64,000 nt of DNA from Macrostomum lignano. Its lineage: Eukaryota. The stretch's first letter is position 1; the number at the start of each line of letters is the position of its first letter. Both the position numbers and the translations under genes were made by a program. The notes under the pieces were generated by a model. That model ran no database searches and had not been told where the DNA came from. It saw nothing but the letters and a program-made list of their open reading frames with translations. The stretch lies in contig NIVC01003999.1 in assembly GCA_002269645.1 (NCBI GenBank), forward strand, positions 1 through 64,000. Direction: 5' to 3'. This document shows, piece after piece, positions 36,950 to 49,667 of the stretch.

Positions 36950-37970
36950 AGAGCTTGTCCACAACAGTAGGTGGTAGGTGCCTGAACGGTACCAGATTTC
37001 GTGCTGTCCAAATTTTCCCATTGTCCAGTTTGTAGTTGAAGTTGCCAAGGATTTTATCGATCGGGAAGGGAGCTGTAAATGGTAAATGGTGATCTGCCTT
37101 TTGGTACGTGTGGTAGTCGTATGCGCACGAGGTCGCCAACCTTGAAATGGTTGCAGGAAACCTTGTGGTGATGCTCTTTGTTAGCCGTAGCTTCTGACTT
37201 CGCACTCTGCTTGATCATGGATCCTTGTCGAAATTGAAAGTTGGTTTAGATGTCCCGACCTAAATAGAAGTTTTGCTGGCGAGGCTCCCTTTTTGTTTGG
37301 TGTTGTGCGGTAGCTGAAAATTGTCTGCTGTATTTCGACCTCAAAGCTCTTCTTGTCCGCTTCGAACGTCTGAGCAGCGTGCTTAAGTGTCCCGTTGAAT
37401 ACATCGCCTTGCCATTTCGTCGCGGCTCATAAATTGGAACGCATTCTTGCCGCACATCACGGTAGGCTAGAAATTTTCTCATCTTCTTCGATACGAAGCT
37501 GCTTCTACTGTCCAATACACAAGGGTGTCAAGATTCCCGAAGCGATTCGGTAAGACATTTGATTATCCTGATTGAGCTGGCTCCAGTAAGTAGAAATTCT
37601 GGGTAAGATGAACAGTAATCTGTCAGCACGACAATAAACCGCTGTTTGTGTGGGGCGCTCGCAAACGGGTCAGTGATGTCGATAGCTCATAGTTTCGACC
37701 AAGACCGGTCAGGTTTTTTGATTGGACCGCCATCCGGTACGAAGATTTTTGTGGGCCTTGGCGCTGTCCTGACAGGGCAACCAAAACCTGACGTGGCTCG
37801 TAATTGCGTTGTCCATGCTAGGGTACTAGAAGGCTGATCATAGGAGTCGTTTCATGCGTACAATACCAGGATGATCTTTGTGGGCACAGTTTAATATTAG
37901 CTGCCTCAGTCTGCTTGGTGGGACGATAATAATAATTGGTCTGTAGTTTTGTATCGCATCCATGACCAAT
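36950..37970 (-). mobile_element. Degraded Gypsy integrase
   Basis: SSFVS..M.KFL....PIYEP.RNG core; C-terminal FPIDKILGNFNYKLDNGKIWTARNL; many frameshifts. Confidence 0.55.
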
Positions 37971-37979
37971 TAAAGCGTT

Positions 37980-38200
37980 TCATCTGCCGTCGTGAGCTTC
38001 TGAAGGCCTTGCCCAGGCCTTCTTCTTCAGTTCGTGCCACTCGTTGAATGCTTTTACCATCCATGCGTCCTTCGTCTTCGTAAGTAGTTGTCTTCTACGA
38101 GCTATTTTCTGATCGAACTTCTTCTCCGTGGGCATCTTTTGCCTGCGTACATCTTCGCCCTTAACGCTCGCATTCGGCTCAATGAACAGAGACTCCAAGA
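37980..38200 (-). mobile_element. Possible Crypton N-terminal fragment
   Basis: ..TKTKDAWMVKAFNEW resembles the T.WAVK.F.EW motif at the start of Crypton/DUF3504 proteins; truncated. Confidence 0.3.
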
Positions 38201-39119
38201 AGTCGTGGTCAATTTCTAGCTCGTACTTGAAAATCACGTGGCAAATCCATAAAAGTCTATCAGAAAAGTATATCGTATAAGAAATTTGTCGCCTCTCCTT
38301 TCTTTCTTGCGATCTAATCGTCGCCTTCCTCTCTTTTCTTTTTTCTCTTTTTCTTGGTTTTCTACTAAAGACTACCGAATTTGACTCGAGGTCAGTCAAA
38401 TCTTTATCTCGGTCAGTAAATGCAGCCCTCAGCCACTCTGTCGACGAAATAAATGAATTCATGGGGTGATGCCATATTACGTACAGTACGTATGCCTCGG
38501 TTGCACAGGTGCAGTAGCCTATAGTCTAATTGTTTATTTAATTTATCTGCACCGGTGCTAATAGATGATTTCTAAATAAATAAATGAACTGAGTAAAAAC
38601 AAATGGCAACACTTTATATTTCATTATCGAACAAGATAGTTCACAACGATACGCAACAGCAAGAAATCAATGTCGTTTAACGTCCTACTCGTAGTTTGTT
38701 ACATGCACATACCTAAAAGTGACATTACTCCTTGGGCAAAAAAGTGATAATGACCTTGTTCGTATCTCCGCAAGCTTCAATCCGCATCAATTTGTGCGCA
38801 TTTGTGCGCATACTTGCACATATTGGGCCGTATGAATAAAAAAAAGAAATTTTTTTCTTGCAAGAAATCCAAGAATTTCTTGCGTTTATAAGAATAAAAA
38901 ACTGCGAGTTTCTTGCAAGATTTTCTCGCCAAGAAAATCTCGAGCTTTCACAAGAAAAGATTTGCTCGGCAAGAAAATCTCACGAGGAAAAGATTTTCTT
39001 GCTTTCTGATGAATAAAAGACGTGATTTTCTCGCCGAGAGAGCCGACACTTGAGTTTTATGCGAGCAACTCTTTCTCTGGCTCAAGCGAATCTTCAGCGC
39101 CCATAACACGAGACACGAG

Positions 39120-40219
39120 ATGTTCCTTCAGATCAGAAAGACCAAGGAGTACCTGCCCCGACAGGCCACTCCAGTGGAGACATATAGACAGCTTCATCGA
39201 TTCACTGAGGATCACGTGACCTTTCTGACAACGCGCTTCCTAGGACATACTTCCGAGACAAGGGGCGGTGCGCTGACACCGAAACAGAAGATGGAGATCA
39301 CGCTGCGGTACCTGAGCAACCCTGGCTTTCAATCCGGTGTTGCCAAGCAGACAGGTGTTCATCAAAGCACGGTGTCAAATGTTGTTTGGGACGTCCTGCA
39401 GAGTATCGCGCGGCTGTCTCACGAATGGATTCAATTTCCACAGGAAGGTGCTTCAGCGAACCGTGCTAAGGCACAGTTCACTGAAGCAATGGGCTTCCCG
39501 TCGGCCATCGGGGCAATTGACTGCACGCATGTGAGGATCGAAAAGCCCTCAGGAGCAGCCGGTGACGAGTACATCAACCGGAAGGGGTTTCCCTCCATCA
39601 ATGTTCAGGCAACGTGCTCCGAGAAGTGCGTGTTCACTAGTTTGGATGCGAGTTGGCCTGGCTCGGTGCACGACAGTAGAGTGCTCAAGAACTCGGCGCT
39701 GTACGCGTGAGTACCTCGTATTCATACTTAGAATCTGATTCCAAGTGGGCAAATGGTAAACTTTATTTATTTTACGTAGCAAGTTAAACACTTTCCAGTC
39801 ATCTACTCACGACCAGAGTCAATTCTGGAGTGCTCCTCGGTGACTCTGGGTACGGAATCGCACCGTTCCTAATGACGCCGTATCCGCAACCCGAAACGGA
39901 GTAGCAACAACGGTACAATGTGCTACATGCCAGGAGCAGAGTCGTGATCGAGAGGTCGTTCGGGCAGCTCAAGAGAAGGTTCCCCATTCTGCGCTACGGT
40001 ATCCGACTGCAGCTGCACAAGGCACCAACATGCATCTTGGCATGCTTCGTGCTTCACAATGTCGCCAAGTTTCTGAATGAAGAAGACATAGACGATCCGC
40101 AATACATCGGTGATGCAGACGACCAGCTGACTAATGAGGATGACAACGCTGGTGACGGAGCTCAGCAACTGCGTCTTCGCGGACAACAGCGGCGAAACGA
40201 GATCGCTGCTATGGTCTAG
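39120..40219 (+). CDS. Harbinger DDE transposase (HARBI1-like), intron 39707-39798, one premature TAG at 39900-39902
   Basis: GAIDCTHV, YINRKG..SINVQ, WPGSVHDSRV, LLGDSGY, IERSFGQLKRRF, ACFVLHN; gc|gtgagt...ttccag|t splices in frame. Confidence 0.9.
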
Positions 40220-40722
40220 TATACTGCATCTTTGGACATTGGAACTCATGTGAAGGTGACAGGTGTTTACAAACATATTGTTCATAATGTTACCGTTGTA
40301 CTAGTCCAAAAATGTAATCCACTTTACATGTACGCCTCGCCGATTCCGCCTTAGAGCGATTCTGGTATTATTTTCAGTAACAAGACGTGAAAACTATCTT
40401 CCACTTGACATAATTCACTTTTCTCAGATTGTCAAACTTTGTTACATATCCTCTTAGTTGCTTTTTTCATATATATTTTGAAAAGAACAAGCAGTCGTAA
40501 GTATGTGATTTTCAGCCTTATAGCGATCAACAAAGCAACAGACAAATGTCTTCTCTTCGTCACATTTTTTCTGTCTAAATAACAAACAAGAAACAGTACA
40601 GTGGTACATATATGCGACTTTCAGCCTTAGAGCGATCAACAAAACAACAAGTACCTATATGCTGTTCGTCGCATTTTTTCGGTCTGAATTACTAACAACA
40701 ATTACTAACGTCTGCAGGGCCG

Positions 40723-41361
40723 TCAATCCTGGTACCCGTTTCCGTACGACGGAGGGCGAAGAGCAGGTCTGCTCGCCTGAGACTCCATCACCAGTCGCCT
40801 TTTCAGTCTGACGTAGCGCAGCTGCTCCAGCAGCACCAGTCGTTGCAAATCGGCGTTGCCCAACTTCTCCGTCTCCTCTGTCTCGCCAGACATGCGACGC
40901 TTCCTCGCTGGTTCCTTAGGCTGCACGGAGGGTGAACGTCTCTCATCAGCTGGCTGTGGCGAGACGACGGTTGCACTTGCTTGGAATCCAGCCGCACTTG
41001 CCCCTGGAGTTTGCGACATTTTTGGATTCGAATCCGCGTCCATTATGCGGGCCAACCTGGATTCCCATGGAAGAAGTTTTATGGGACGATTCCCTGTCCT
41101 ATTTCGATCCACCTTGCCCTTCATACGCGTCTTCATGTTGGCGATCTTCTTCGATGTTTTGCCGGTCTCGAACAGCTTTCCTGTCAGCATTTCTAACTCA
41201 GCGCACAATGCTGCAATGGCCGCCTCCTTCTTCTTCTTCACGACGGGCGTGCTACTCTTTGATAAGAGAACCGGGTGCTTAGAGAGTACGTTGACAATGT
41301 AGTCGGCTTCCTCCTCGGCTTCCTGTTGACTTTCAGACTCGGCATCCGATGCGGCAGACAT
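40723..41361 (-). CDS. Harbinger Myb/SANT-like DNA-binding protein (ORF2), intact
   Basis: Open frame; KIANMKTRMKGKVDRNRTGN.PIKLLPWE pattern; position and orientation typical for Harbinger. Confidence 0.8.
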   Translation of the reverse strand: MSAASDAESESQQEAEEEADYIVNVLSKHPVLLSKSSTPVVKKKKEAAIAALCAELEMLTGKLFETGKTSKKIANMKTRMKGKVDRNRTGNRPIKLLPWESRLARIMDADSNPKMSQTPGASAAGFQASATVVSPQPADERRSPSVQPKEPARKRRMSGETEETEKLGNADLQRLVLLEQLRYVRLKRRLVMESQASRPALRPPSYGNGYQD

Positions 41362-42384
41362 GTTTCTCGAGAGAAGATTGCGCGGTTTCAATGAAATCTG
41401 GTAGCATACTTCACTGGTAGGCTATTTACGTCGCTCAGCTTGCGAACGGTCCAAGGACACAGTTTTGTACACACGGCAGCTCCCATTTCTACCCCCCACG
41501 CAGCGTCTTATAACATGCTCGCAGTTTTTTTTGCATTGTTTCTGGGCTCCTGCAAAGAGTAATCACGATATACATGTAAAAAATTGGCAACCATTCGATG
41601 CCAGGACGCTCAATCTCAGGGTAAAATTTCAAAGCAAAGTGACTTTCCTGTCACCTGATGTTCAGGTAAACTCCACATGGATTTTGCCACTTTCTAGTAG
41701 GATTTTTCTGGACGGATTTTCGGTGTTCAAGTGGTTTTAGCCATAGACACAGCATGGGCTGCGCCCAAGCTTGAGGAGATGGCCGTCAATTCCACGTCAC
41801 CGACATCTTGGTTTGGGCCCTAGACAACTTTCAGCCAAGTGGCAGTCGCCGAGAAAATCTCACGAGCCGAGAAACTTTTATTCATGTCTTTTCTAGAATA
41901 TCTTGACTCGTAAGATTTTCTCCAACAGATTTTCTTGCCGGAAAAGAATTTCTTTAAAGAAATTCTTGGCTCGAAAGATAATCTTTAAAGATTTTCTCAC
42001 GTTTTATTCATACGGCCCATTGTATTGATAAAAAATCCTTCAACGTCCCAGCTGAGTATTGCGTTTTGTCCTCACCTCCAGAATAAAAATTTTAAGTAGA
42101 AAATTCAGATCCGACTTGGAGAGTTCATCAGCGTCATCTAAGTTTGCGCACCAGTTTACTTTCTGGGCCGCAGGCCATTCCTGGAAAGTCGAAAACATCC
42201 AGGCTCATTTCTTCAGCGTATTGGAGGGGATCGAGAGGGACCGTTCCTTGGACAAGTGCATCAAGTTCTTCTTCTGTAAGACTGACAAATCCGTGCCGTA
42301 TTGTGCCCAGCAGTAATTAGATATGTAGTATATCATCCAGAGGTTCAGGGCCCACCGTCAGCCACCCTTAAACTTTTAGAAGAC

Positions 42385-42510
42385 TGATGGTAAGTAGAAA
42401 ATATAGCATAGAGTTAAGGGGTGTATTTACTTAAATCTCCTGAGTGCCGAAGACCGAAGGGTCTACGAAAAATACGCCCCGAAACTCTATGCTATGTTTC
42501 TCTTAAATTC
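42385..42510. mobile_element. Small hairpin MITE with TTAA-like ends
   Basis: ATAGCATAGAGTTAAGGGGTGTATTT inverted against AAATACGCCCCGAAACTCTATGCTAT; right end ..TTTCTC|TTAA. Confidence 0.45.
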
Positions 42511-42649
42511 CTGCGGTTGTGGCGATAAAAATACAACCCCGAGGCGGTGAGCAGTGGAAGTACCGGCAGGCAGGAAAGTGTCGTCGTGGATCGGAAGTAA
42601 CAGGTGAGGGCCAACCCCGAGGAGGTGAGACGGAGTCAGCGGTGACGGA

Positions 42650-43280
42650 TCGGCCGTGTCGTTGGAGACGGTGGTCAGCGGCCGGCAGTTGAGGATGGCC
42701 TCGATCTTGACGAGGAGAATGTGCAGTTCCTCATCGGAGATGCGCTTGCGCCAGAGGGCGGGACGAAGACTGGACTTCGTGAGGGCAACGAGGCGCTCGA
42801 CCGCCCCTTGGTGTCAGGGGGCTCGGACTGGCGCGAACGTGAACACCAGGGGTCGCGTGGCGGCGAGTGACCGGCCGGTTGTTGTGGAGCTTTTTCTAGA
42901 AGTCGGTGGCGATGTGGTTCTCTATGAACTTTCCCAGTATATGGACTGAGAAGGGCTTTTATCTCCAAGCTCTCTGCTGCAAGCGCTTCTGGTGAGAGCG
43001 GCCAGTGCGTGGTGGAATTTGGTGCTGGCGGAGCTGATTTCGGCCAGGGTGAATTGCGATTCGAATTGGCGGAACCAAATTTCGGGGGCTTGACGGTAGA
43101 ACGGCGGTGGTCTAATTGTGGCGCGTTGTACAGACGTGGTGTGATCTTCTCCGAAGAAGCTGCTGCAGGTGGAGTGTCTGATGGTGGCTGTTGACGCTGA
43201 GTGTCGTCCAGTGTCGTTGTCCTCAAGTGCTGGGATTAAAAGCTCTGCTACCAATTTGTAGCGTTAGGTTAACTGCTACA
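42650..43280 (-). mobile_element. Gypsy 5' remnant: tRNA-Met PBS + degraded gag
   Basis: PBS TGGTAGCAGAGC (43253-43242); gag PPPFYRQAPEIWFRQFESQF.LA.ISS.STKFHH; frameshifted. Confidence 0.75.
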
Positions 43281-43679
43281 AGATTATTTAGTTGCATGCA
43301 AGATCGTTAAAAAACGAGCGAGGTTGCTAGTATATTTTGTTACTGAGTTGGGGCTACTTAGTGCTGCGGCGAAAGGTAGCAAATTCTTTGTTCTTTTTTC
43401 TGCTTTCTGATAAAAGTAAACTAAGAACAGTCGTAATAAATCCACAATCGTCGCCAATGTCTTATCTGAAGCATAGTAAGTGAAATTGGCCATCTGTACC
43501 ACCAGTGTCAACAGTCAGCTTTGTGACTTTCGCTTTCTTCTGTGGGCCGTTCAAGCCGTAAACCATAGATTGCGTCTTCTCTAGCCGTAATTTTCAGCCA
43601 TTGTCAAAAAGTTAGTTTCATAAAGGACTTCTTAACGGCTGTAGCAAAAAAACTGCGGCTTACAGGGGTTTAGTCAGAC

Positions 43680-43990
43680 ATATGCGTCTCTGTGGCTAGA
43701 CGCTGTTCTGCGGCCAACACACGAGCTCCTGAAACAACTCTTTATTGATCGTCCGCGACACTCTGCAAAAAACGCGGCAAACCGAAGGCGCTGACAGCCT
43801 ATGAGCATCACTAACGATTTGATAGAAGCTTTTTTAGCGTAGAAGCAAAGCGCTAGTAGCATTTGATCCCTGGGAAATAAGCGCAATTTCTCTGCGTAGC
43901 AGGTGCCAATCGGTGACAAATCCGCAAAAAAAAGTGCTGGGCAGTCGTGGGACTCAGCCTGAAATGCTGCATAACGCTGCGAGTGGCTAA
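43680..43990 (-). mobile_element. Harbinger transposase N-terminal remnant
   Basis: HFRLSP...QMLLALCFYA resembles the Harbinger FRMS..QLL.ALRFYA motif. Confidence 0.45.
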
Positions 43991-44049
43991 CTAATGGCTG
44001 ATAATGTTAGTTAGCAGTGGTTGGTTTTTTATGAAGTTTAATTCCTTAC

Positions 44050-44985
44050 CCCTGTAGAGTATTATATCTCCCAGAAAAGTTATTTAAAATTGTTAACGTA
44101 CTACTTAAATAGTAGTAATTTGAGGAGCATGTATAAGGATATGCGCTGAACCATACATATATTCGAATTAACCAATAGAAAGAGAGAAATCTCGAGCATG
44201 CTAATTTTAGAAATCACCCAATCACGTGCGACCAACAACTGTCAATTCAAACCCCACCTTCAAGTCATCATTTGGTTTGCACTCGGGTTGCACCCGGATG
44301 AACCAATCAAAGTCTACCAGCTACGGTAACCAATCATGCGCTTTTACAGTAGACTAGTTGCGCAACTTTCTACCTTGTCATGCTTGACAGCCACCGAATC
44401 GTGACCCTTTGACATTTGCGAAGACAGTGATGTACGACCTCGAGAGAGGTCTGAACGCCTATAAATACAAGTGGTCCGGAACGGACCCGGAGCCACAATT
44501 CCTCCGGAAGGAGAAGAGCTCCGAAGAGGAAGCCACTACAGGACTTCCTACAGAAGACTCGTCGAGTTCTTGCGGTAAGCCTTACTCATTTGCGCCTGTG
44601 TTTTGAGACGTCTCGTTGGAGTTTAGTTTGAGTCTGTTGAGACTCCTGAGTCTGTTTAGACTTTACTGGTTGCAGTCTCCAGAAGGACTGCCCCTGATAG
44701 ATCTTAGAAGACTATCAGTGGTTTCCGGAGCTATACCTAGAGTGCATAGAGGCACTGCTAGAAGGAGTAGGCTTATGTTAAACCGCAGTTTGGCGCAGGG
44801 TACCCATTGTTAATTTGGAAGCTTCTTATTGGTCCGAACGACAGATACCGGCCGGCAAAAGAAGAAAAGAGAAACTCGGACCAGGACTACAAGTCGAGTC
44901 GAATTCAGGCCTGAACTACAGATCGAGATCTACACGAGATCTACGAAGGACTAAAAGAAGGAGAGATATCTCATAAGAAGTCAAG
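44050..44985 (+). mobile_element. Possible LTR/promoter remnant with leader
   Basis: Cluster of CCAAT boxes (44218-44336), TATAAATA at about 44460, PBS-like TGGTCCGAAC at about 44830; ends not resolved. Confidence 0.35.
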
Positions 44986-45099
44986 GTAATTGAATACTTT
45001 CGTTTGAATTACTGGGTTGCCTAGCTAAAGAGCTAGAAGTGATTGTTCTTTGATTACCGAAGTCGGGTAATAAGGAACACATCACCCCTCCAACAGCGA

Positions 45100-46380
45100 C
45101 TTTAGCTGTTTGCCCGACAGCACTTTTCCGTAGGACCATGTTAGCGGAATGGGCGACGCTCGCCTCCCCGCTGCGTCTTCGGACCGCCCTGCAGGTGAGT
45201 AGGACCATGTGCTCTGGAATTGAATGTATCATTGTATCAGTTGTCCTTGATCCTTGTGCGTCTATTCCGTCTGCATTGCTTTCCCATGGCGGTACGCACA
45301 GTGTATGAGCGTTCTGGATGAGTGTCATCTGGATCCTTCACTTCCGCGGGTACCCATTGTTGCTTGTCTTCGTACAACCAGACTTGTTGACCTGGTTTCA
45401 GTTGTTGTAGATCTTTTGCTCCTTGGGCGTAGCAAATTGCATTTTTCTACTTGACGGCGTTCAAAGTTTCAAGATTTTTTCTTCATCTATACTGTCCGTC
45501 AAAAGTTCCGGAACCCTTGCTACGATGTCTTCTAGCGGACATAATTTCAGTCCGTTTCAATTGTAACTTGATTCAAATGAAAGCTGCGGATCTCAGCTCC
45601 ATGATGTGGTCAAGAAAAAGTTTATTCGAAGGAGCGCGTGTGAACAGGCCAGTGTTATGTACATAAAGGTTAGAGAAAAAAGTGAAGAAAAGACAAACAA
45701 GCAATTGTCTATGGTTGCTGAGTCTATGGAGCAAACACACAGGGCTATTTACACACTTGCTGCCGGCACACAAAAACAGATGGCGTCCTGAATTTAAACG
45801 GAAGAGTAATTCTCAATAGCGAGTCGCGCCGCCCTGTGCACGAATTACAGCTTCGCAGCTTACAGCTTACAGTTTTGGCCATAGACTAATGTTAGCCAGG
45901 CTGAACACTGCGCGCAAACCGATTCCTTCCCATGTGTGTTTGCTCCATAGACTCAGCAACCATAGACAATTGCTTGTTTGTCTTTTCCTCACTTTTTTTC
46001 TCTAACCTTTATGTACATAACACTGGCCTGTTCACACGCGCTCCTTCGAATAAACTTTTTCTTGACCACATCATGGAGCTGAGATCCGCAGCTTTCATTT
46101 GAATCAAGTTACAATTGAAACGGACTGAAATTATGTCCGCTAGAAGACATCGTAGCAAGGGTTCCGGAACTTTTGACGGACAGTATATGATCTATGTTCT
46201 CTTCAGTATTAGGTCTTCAACCGGTAATGCCAGCTTGTATCTCAGTTTTCTTCCCGCGAGGAGTTCAGATGGTGTTGGCAATTCGCGTTTGATAGGTGTA
46301 TTCCGATAATGAAGCGAAGCTGTTTGGAAATCTTCAGTGTTGTTTGATTGAAGCGTGCAAGAATGCCATTCCCGCACGCC
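45100..46380 (-). mobile_element. Gypsy integrase C-terminal remnant, split by a MITE
   Basis: SLHYRNTPI...PTPSELLAGRKLR..L motif. Confidence 0.6.
45488..46187. mobile_element. Foldback MITE copy 1 (about 250-bp TIRs, TA flanks)
   Basis: TATACTGTCCGTCAAAAG...CTTTTGACGGACAGTATA; near-identical to 49668-50262. Confidence 0.9.
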
Positions 46381-46639
46381 TTTGCGTGCCGGAATGCTTT
46401 TGTCTATGGAAAAATTTCACTTGTGGCTACACAAAAATTAGTGCAGGGATGCTGCGGCATTCCTGAACCCCATGGAACGAATGTATTTAAACATAGTGAA
46501 ACGTAGAACAAGGATGAAATTGCAAAGTGACGATAAATTTAAAGAAGTAACGCTAAGGTCAGCATGAAGTCAATATCGGAGCGTAGTAGACTGCATCACA
46601 TATCACTCAAATGTGAACTCCACCACGTTGCGTTCGCCG

Positions 46640-48132
46640 TTAGCTACGATCTTCATGCGCTTCGTTAAGGCAGTAGAAACCGTCACTTGACGTTGTTGTG
46701 ATGACACGGTTATCAGTAGAAACCGGTGCCAAAGCAGTCTCACTGCCACCGAACTGCACGTTGTCGCTGTCAGTCAGGGCACGCGTCAGTTGCCCGCTCA
46801 TGACTGCGATGATTGTCTCTCTCTTCTTTCCGCGACGGATGTAGCGCTCCACGGATGTGGACGACTACGAAACAATATATGGTAATGATAGTATCAGTAT
46901 GACATGACTGACATGAATCAAAATTAGAGCAGAATAAGGACGAAAAATGCGCTGACCTTATGACCTGTGGCCTTCGCGATTGTTTCGATTGCAAAGCCGG
47001 ATTCATGAAGAGTGGTTACGACCGTCGGACGTACGCAGTGGGCGGTTTACACCCTGGAGAGCTGGGCATTGGTAGAAATCTTTTTCAGCAGAGGCCCGAG
47101 AGTGTTGACGCCGACTGGTTGCTTTGTGTACCACACACCGTCTGGACCGACTCGAGACTTTGGCCGCAGGAAAACGTCGCGTCCGTTCCAATCGGGAACG
47201 TCGTTGATCTAGGCTTTGTAGAGCAGAAAAGCACGAACCAGACATTTTGCAGCTACTGACGTCGCCACCATCATCGCTTCCTTGTTGTCGTCGCACTCCC
47301 TCATGTCGGTGGAACCATGCACATTCTTTGATGTACCGCCCTGCAGCTTGATTTCAAACGACCCATTGGCCAGTTTTACCTGGCTGAACGACTGCATGGT
47401 GATTCCACGAAGCCACTCTCTGCGCCGATTGCCAAAGTAGTATAGCAGATTGAAGTACACCTCCTCCTGAAGTCGCGACGGTGTTGCCCTGTCGAAGTAT
47501 GCACTAAACTTGATCAAGTCGTCAGATTCTATGGCCCCGTAGTGGCGGATCCGACCACCATTCTGCAAAAAAGCGTTGCAGACATACTTGATCATCAGGT
47601 TAGCCGCATGAAAAGCTGGATCCGCAATGATGTCGAGGCCACGCAGCTTCATGAAGTAGCGGAAAAGAGCGGCACGTATCCCAACGATAGTATTCGGGGA
47701 ATAGAACGTCCCCATCCGCCTTCCGCTGGTGAGCGTAGAAATAGCGAACGTTCTTAGCCACATCCTCCACTGGAGCATCTTTGTAGTCTAAGCGGAGGTT
47801 GTTATCCGCCAATCAGGCCGTGAACCTCCGGACAATCGCCTCTTCCTCCGCGACACTAGACTTGCATTGGTTATCTCGTTCCAGTTGCCGAGCCAGTTCC
47901 TCAAGCTCGTCCAGGTTGCACAGCGACTCGGCTCGATAGCCAATAGCTGCTCCAGCTCCGCATCAGTACTGTTGGGCATGCTTAACGACAAAGCCAGCAC
48001 TTCTTCGCTCTCTCTTTCCAGCTTGCTCTCCGTTGACACAATTGCCAGCGCCTCCGTTGTACAACCACTTACAGAGCAGTAGTTGAAGTCAACTAGTGGA
48101 GGTGCTATGGTGGAGTTAATAATTGCAGCCAT
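46640..48132 (-). mobile_element. Crypton-type tyrosine recombinase gene (degenerate), intron 46865-46956
   Basis: YSPNTIVGIRAALFRY, TPSRLQEEVYFNLLYYFGNRRREWLR, PVGVNTLG..HCVR..TGHK|SSTSVERY (R, HxxR, H, Y tetrad); frameshifts near 47800 and two stops. Confidence 0.85.
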
Positions 48133-48579
48133 GGCTCAGCTCTAAAGCTATGAAACTATTAATTAAGCTCCCTCCAAGGACAACTTGATAACTCAGGACC
48201 GGAAACGGGAAACCGGAAACGAGCCAATTCATGGCGAAAAAAGTATGAGGCTCTTTTAAAAGCATTGTTCTATGGCCCATCCGTATGCGCATGCTTTCAG
48301 TTGCCAATGTATACTCGTATCATATTTGACTTTTTGATAGGCAGTCAGAAGGCGGGTGCAGGGTCGGTTTTTTTAAATGTTGAATAGTTTTATTACATAA
48401 AGTAAACGTCGTGAAAATACACAATGGGAAGGCTGTACATGCAGCACATGTATAAGGAAACTCGAGAAAAATTTACGATTCTTTCTTCATCTGAACTACA
48501 AACAGAGAGGAAAATAACAGTCACAGAACGGGACAAGAGCTGACTATGATAAATAGTGAAGTGTTTGCTCCAGGTTCGC

Positions 48580-49346
48580 TCACTGTCCACTCAGCTTCAG
48601 TATTTTTCTATCGTGCACTTTATCCGGCGAAGGAGCGCTCTTTGCTCCTCGTTGAACATAACCCTTGAAGAAACAGTTGGTGAGGCGCACGCAGCATCCC
48701 AGAACATCTGCTTCAGGGAAGTAAAACTCGCCAACGGCAGGAAACAATTTCCGCACTCGCAAAGCACATTACGGTGATCGGAGCGAAATGAAGCATCCAA
48801 AACAGAGGCAAGCAAAATTGAACAGCCACTTTGGCGGGTGCTTCAACTTTCCCCGGGAAATCATTTCAGTGAATTCACCGAGTGGGGTGTTTAAATTTTC
48901 GGCAGGATCTTCACCGGCAATTTTCTCCTTAAGCTTTATGTAGCCTGAAATGTTATTATTATGCTGTGCATTATCTGTGCAGAACTGCTAATCAGGTAAA
49001 GCAAAGCAGATTGGTGCATAGTGGCAATGTCGTATCGTCGATTGTTTGGGTGCGTTGTGGCGAACTCGAGTAGCTTCAGGATGAATGTAACCGATGTGTC
49101 CGGTACAACTCCATCGTGGTTAAAGGCAATAGAAAGGTTCTTAGATAATGCCCTCACTTCACTTTCGACGTCCACTGTAGAGTTTTTACAACGATTTATG
49201 ATAGCTTCAAGTTGCGACCAATACTTTAATGTTGGTTGAAATCCAAGCAGATCTCGAACCGCAACTGGTGAGTTTAACCGAAAGCATCGCATGGAATAGT
49301 TTGGTGAAACGAAAACTCGCAGAACCATTTCGGCATTGGCGCTTAA
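48580..49346 (-). pseudogene. P-element-like transposase N-terminal piece fused to C-terminal piece (catalytic core missing)
   Basis: WSQLEAII..PNNRRYDIATMHQSALLYLISSSA then ISRGKLKHPP.WLF..RLTNCFFKGYV..KILKLS. Confidence 0.6.
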
Positions 49347-49667
49347 CCACTAGTGCACGGGGCTTCTATAGCCACACAGTCTCAATCAACGGATGGCACG
49401 CTAGGCGTGCCATGGCTTATCAAATTGTCAATGAGCAATTCCCCACTGTCAATGAGCACTGTGTCAGCAAACGGCTAATTACATAAACTATTAGCACAGA
49501 CTGTCTAACTTGGCAGCTTCTTTTTCCATCAATCGAGTCATTTTACGCAGCCCTATCCTGGAGACTGTATATGGCCAATATCGACCCCTCTTGCTTTTCT
49601 TTTACAGTATTTTTTTTCAAAAACCAAGCTCCACTGATTGACTCTCTGGAGTAGAACTTTATGATTT

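Larger units (their letters stand above)
38825..42018. mobile_element. Full-length PIF/Harbinger transposon (3194 bp)
   Basis: Perfect 17-bp TIR GGGCCGTATGAATAAAA, 3-bp TSD ATT on both sides, CAAGAAAA-type subterminal repeats, convergent transposase and Myb ORFs. Confidence 0.93.
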
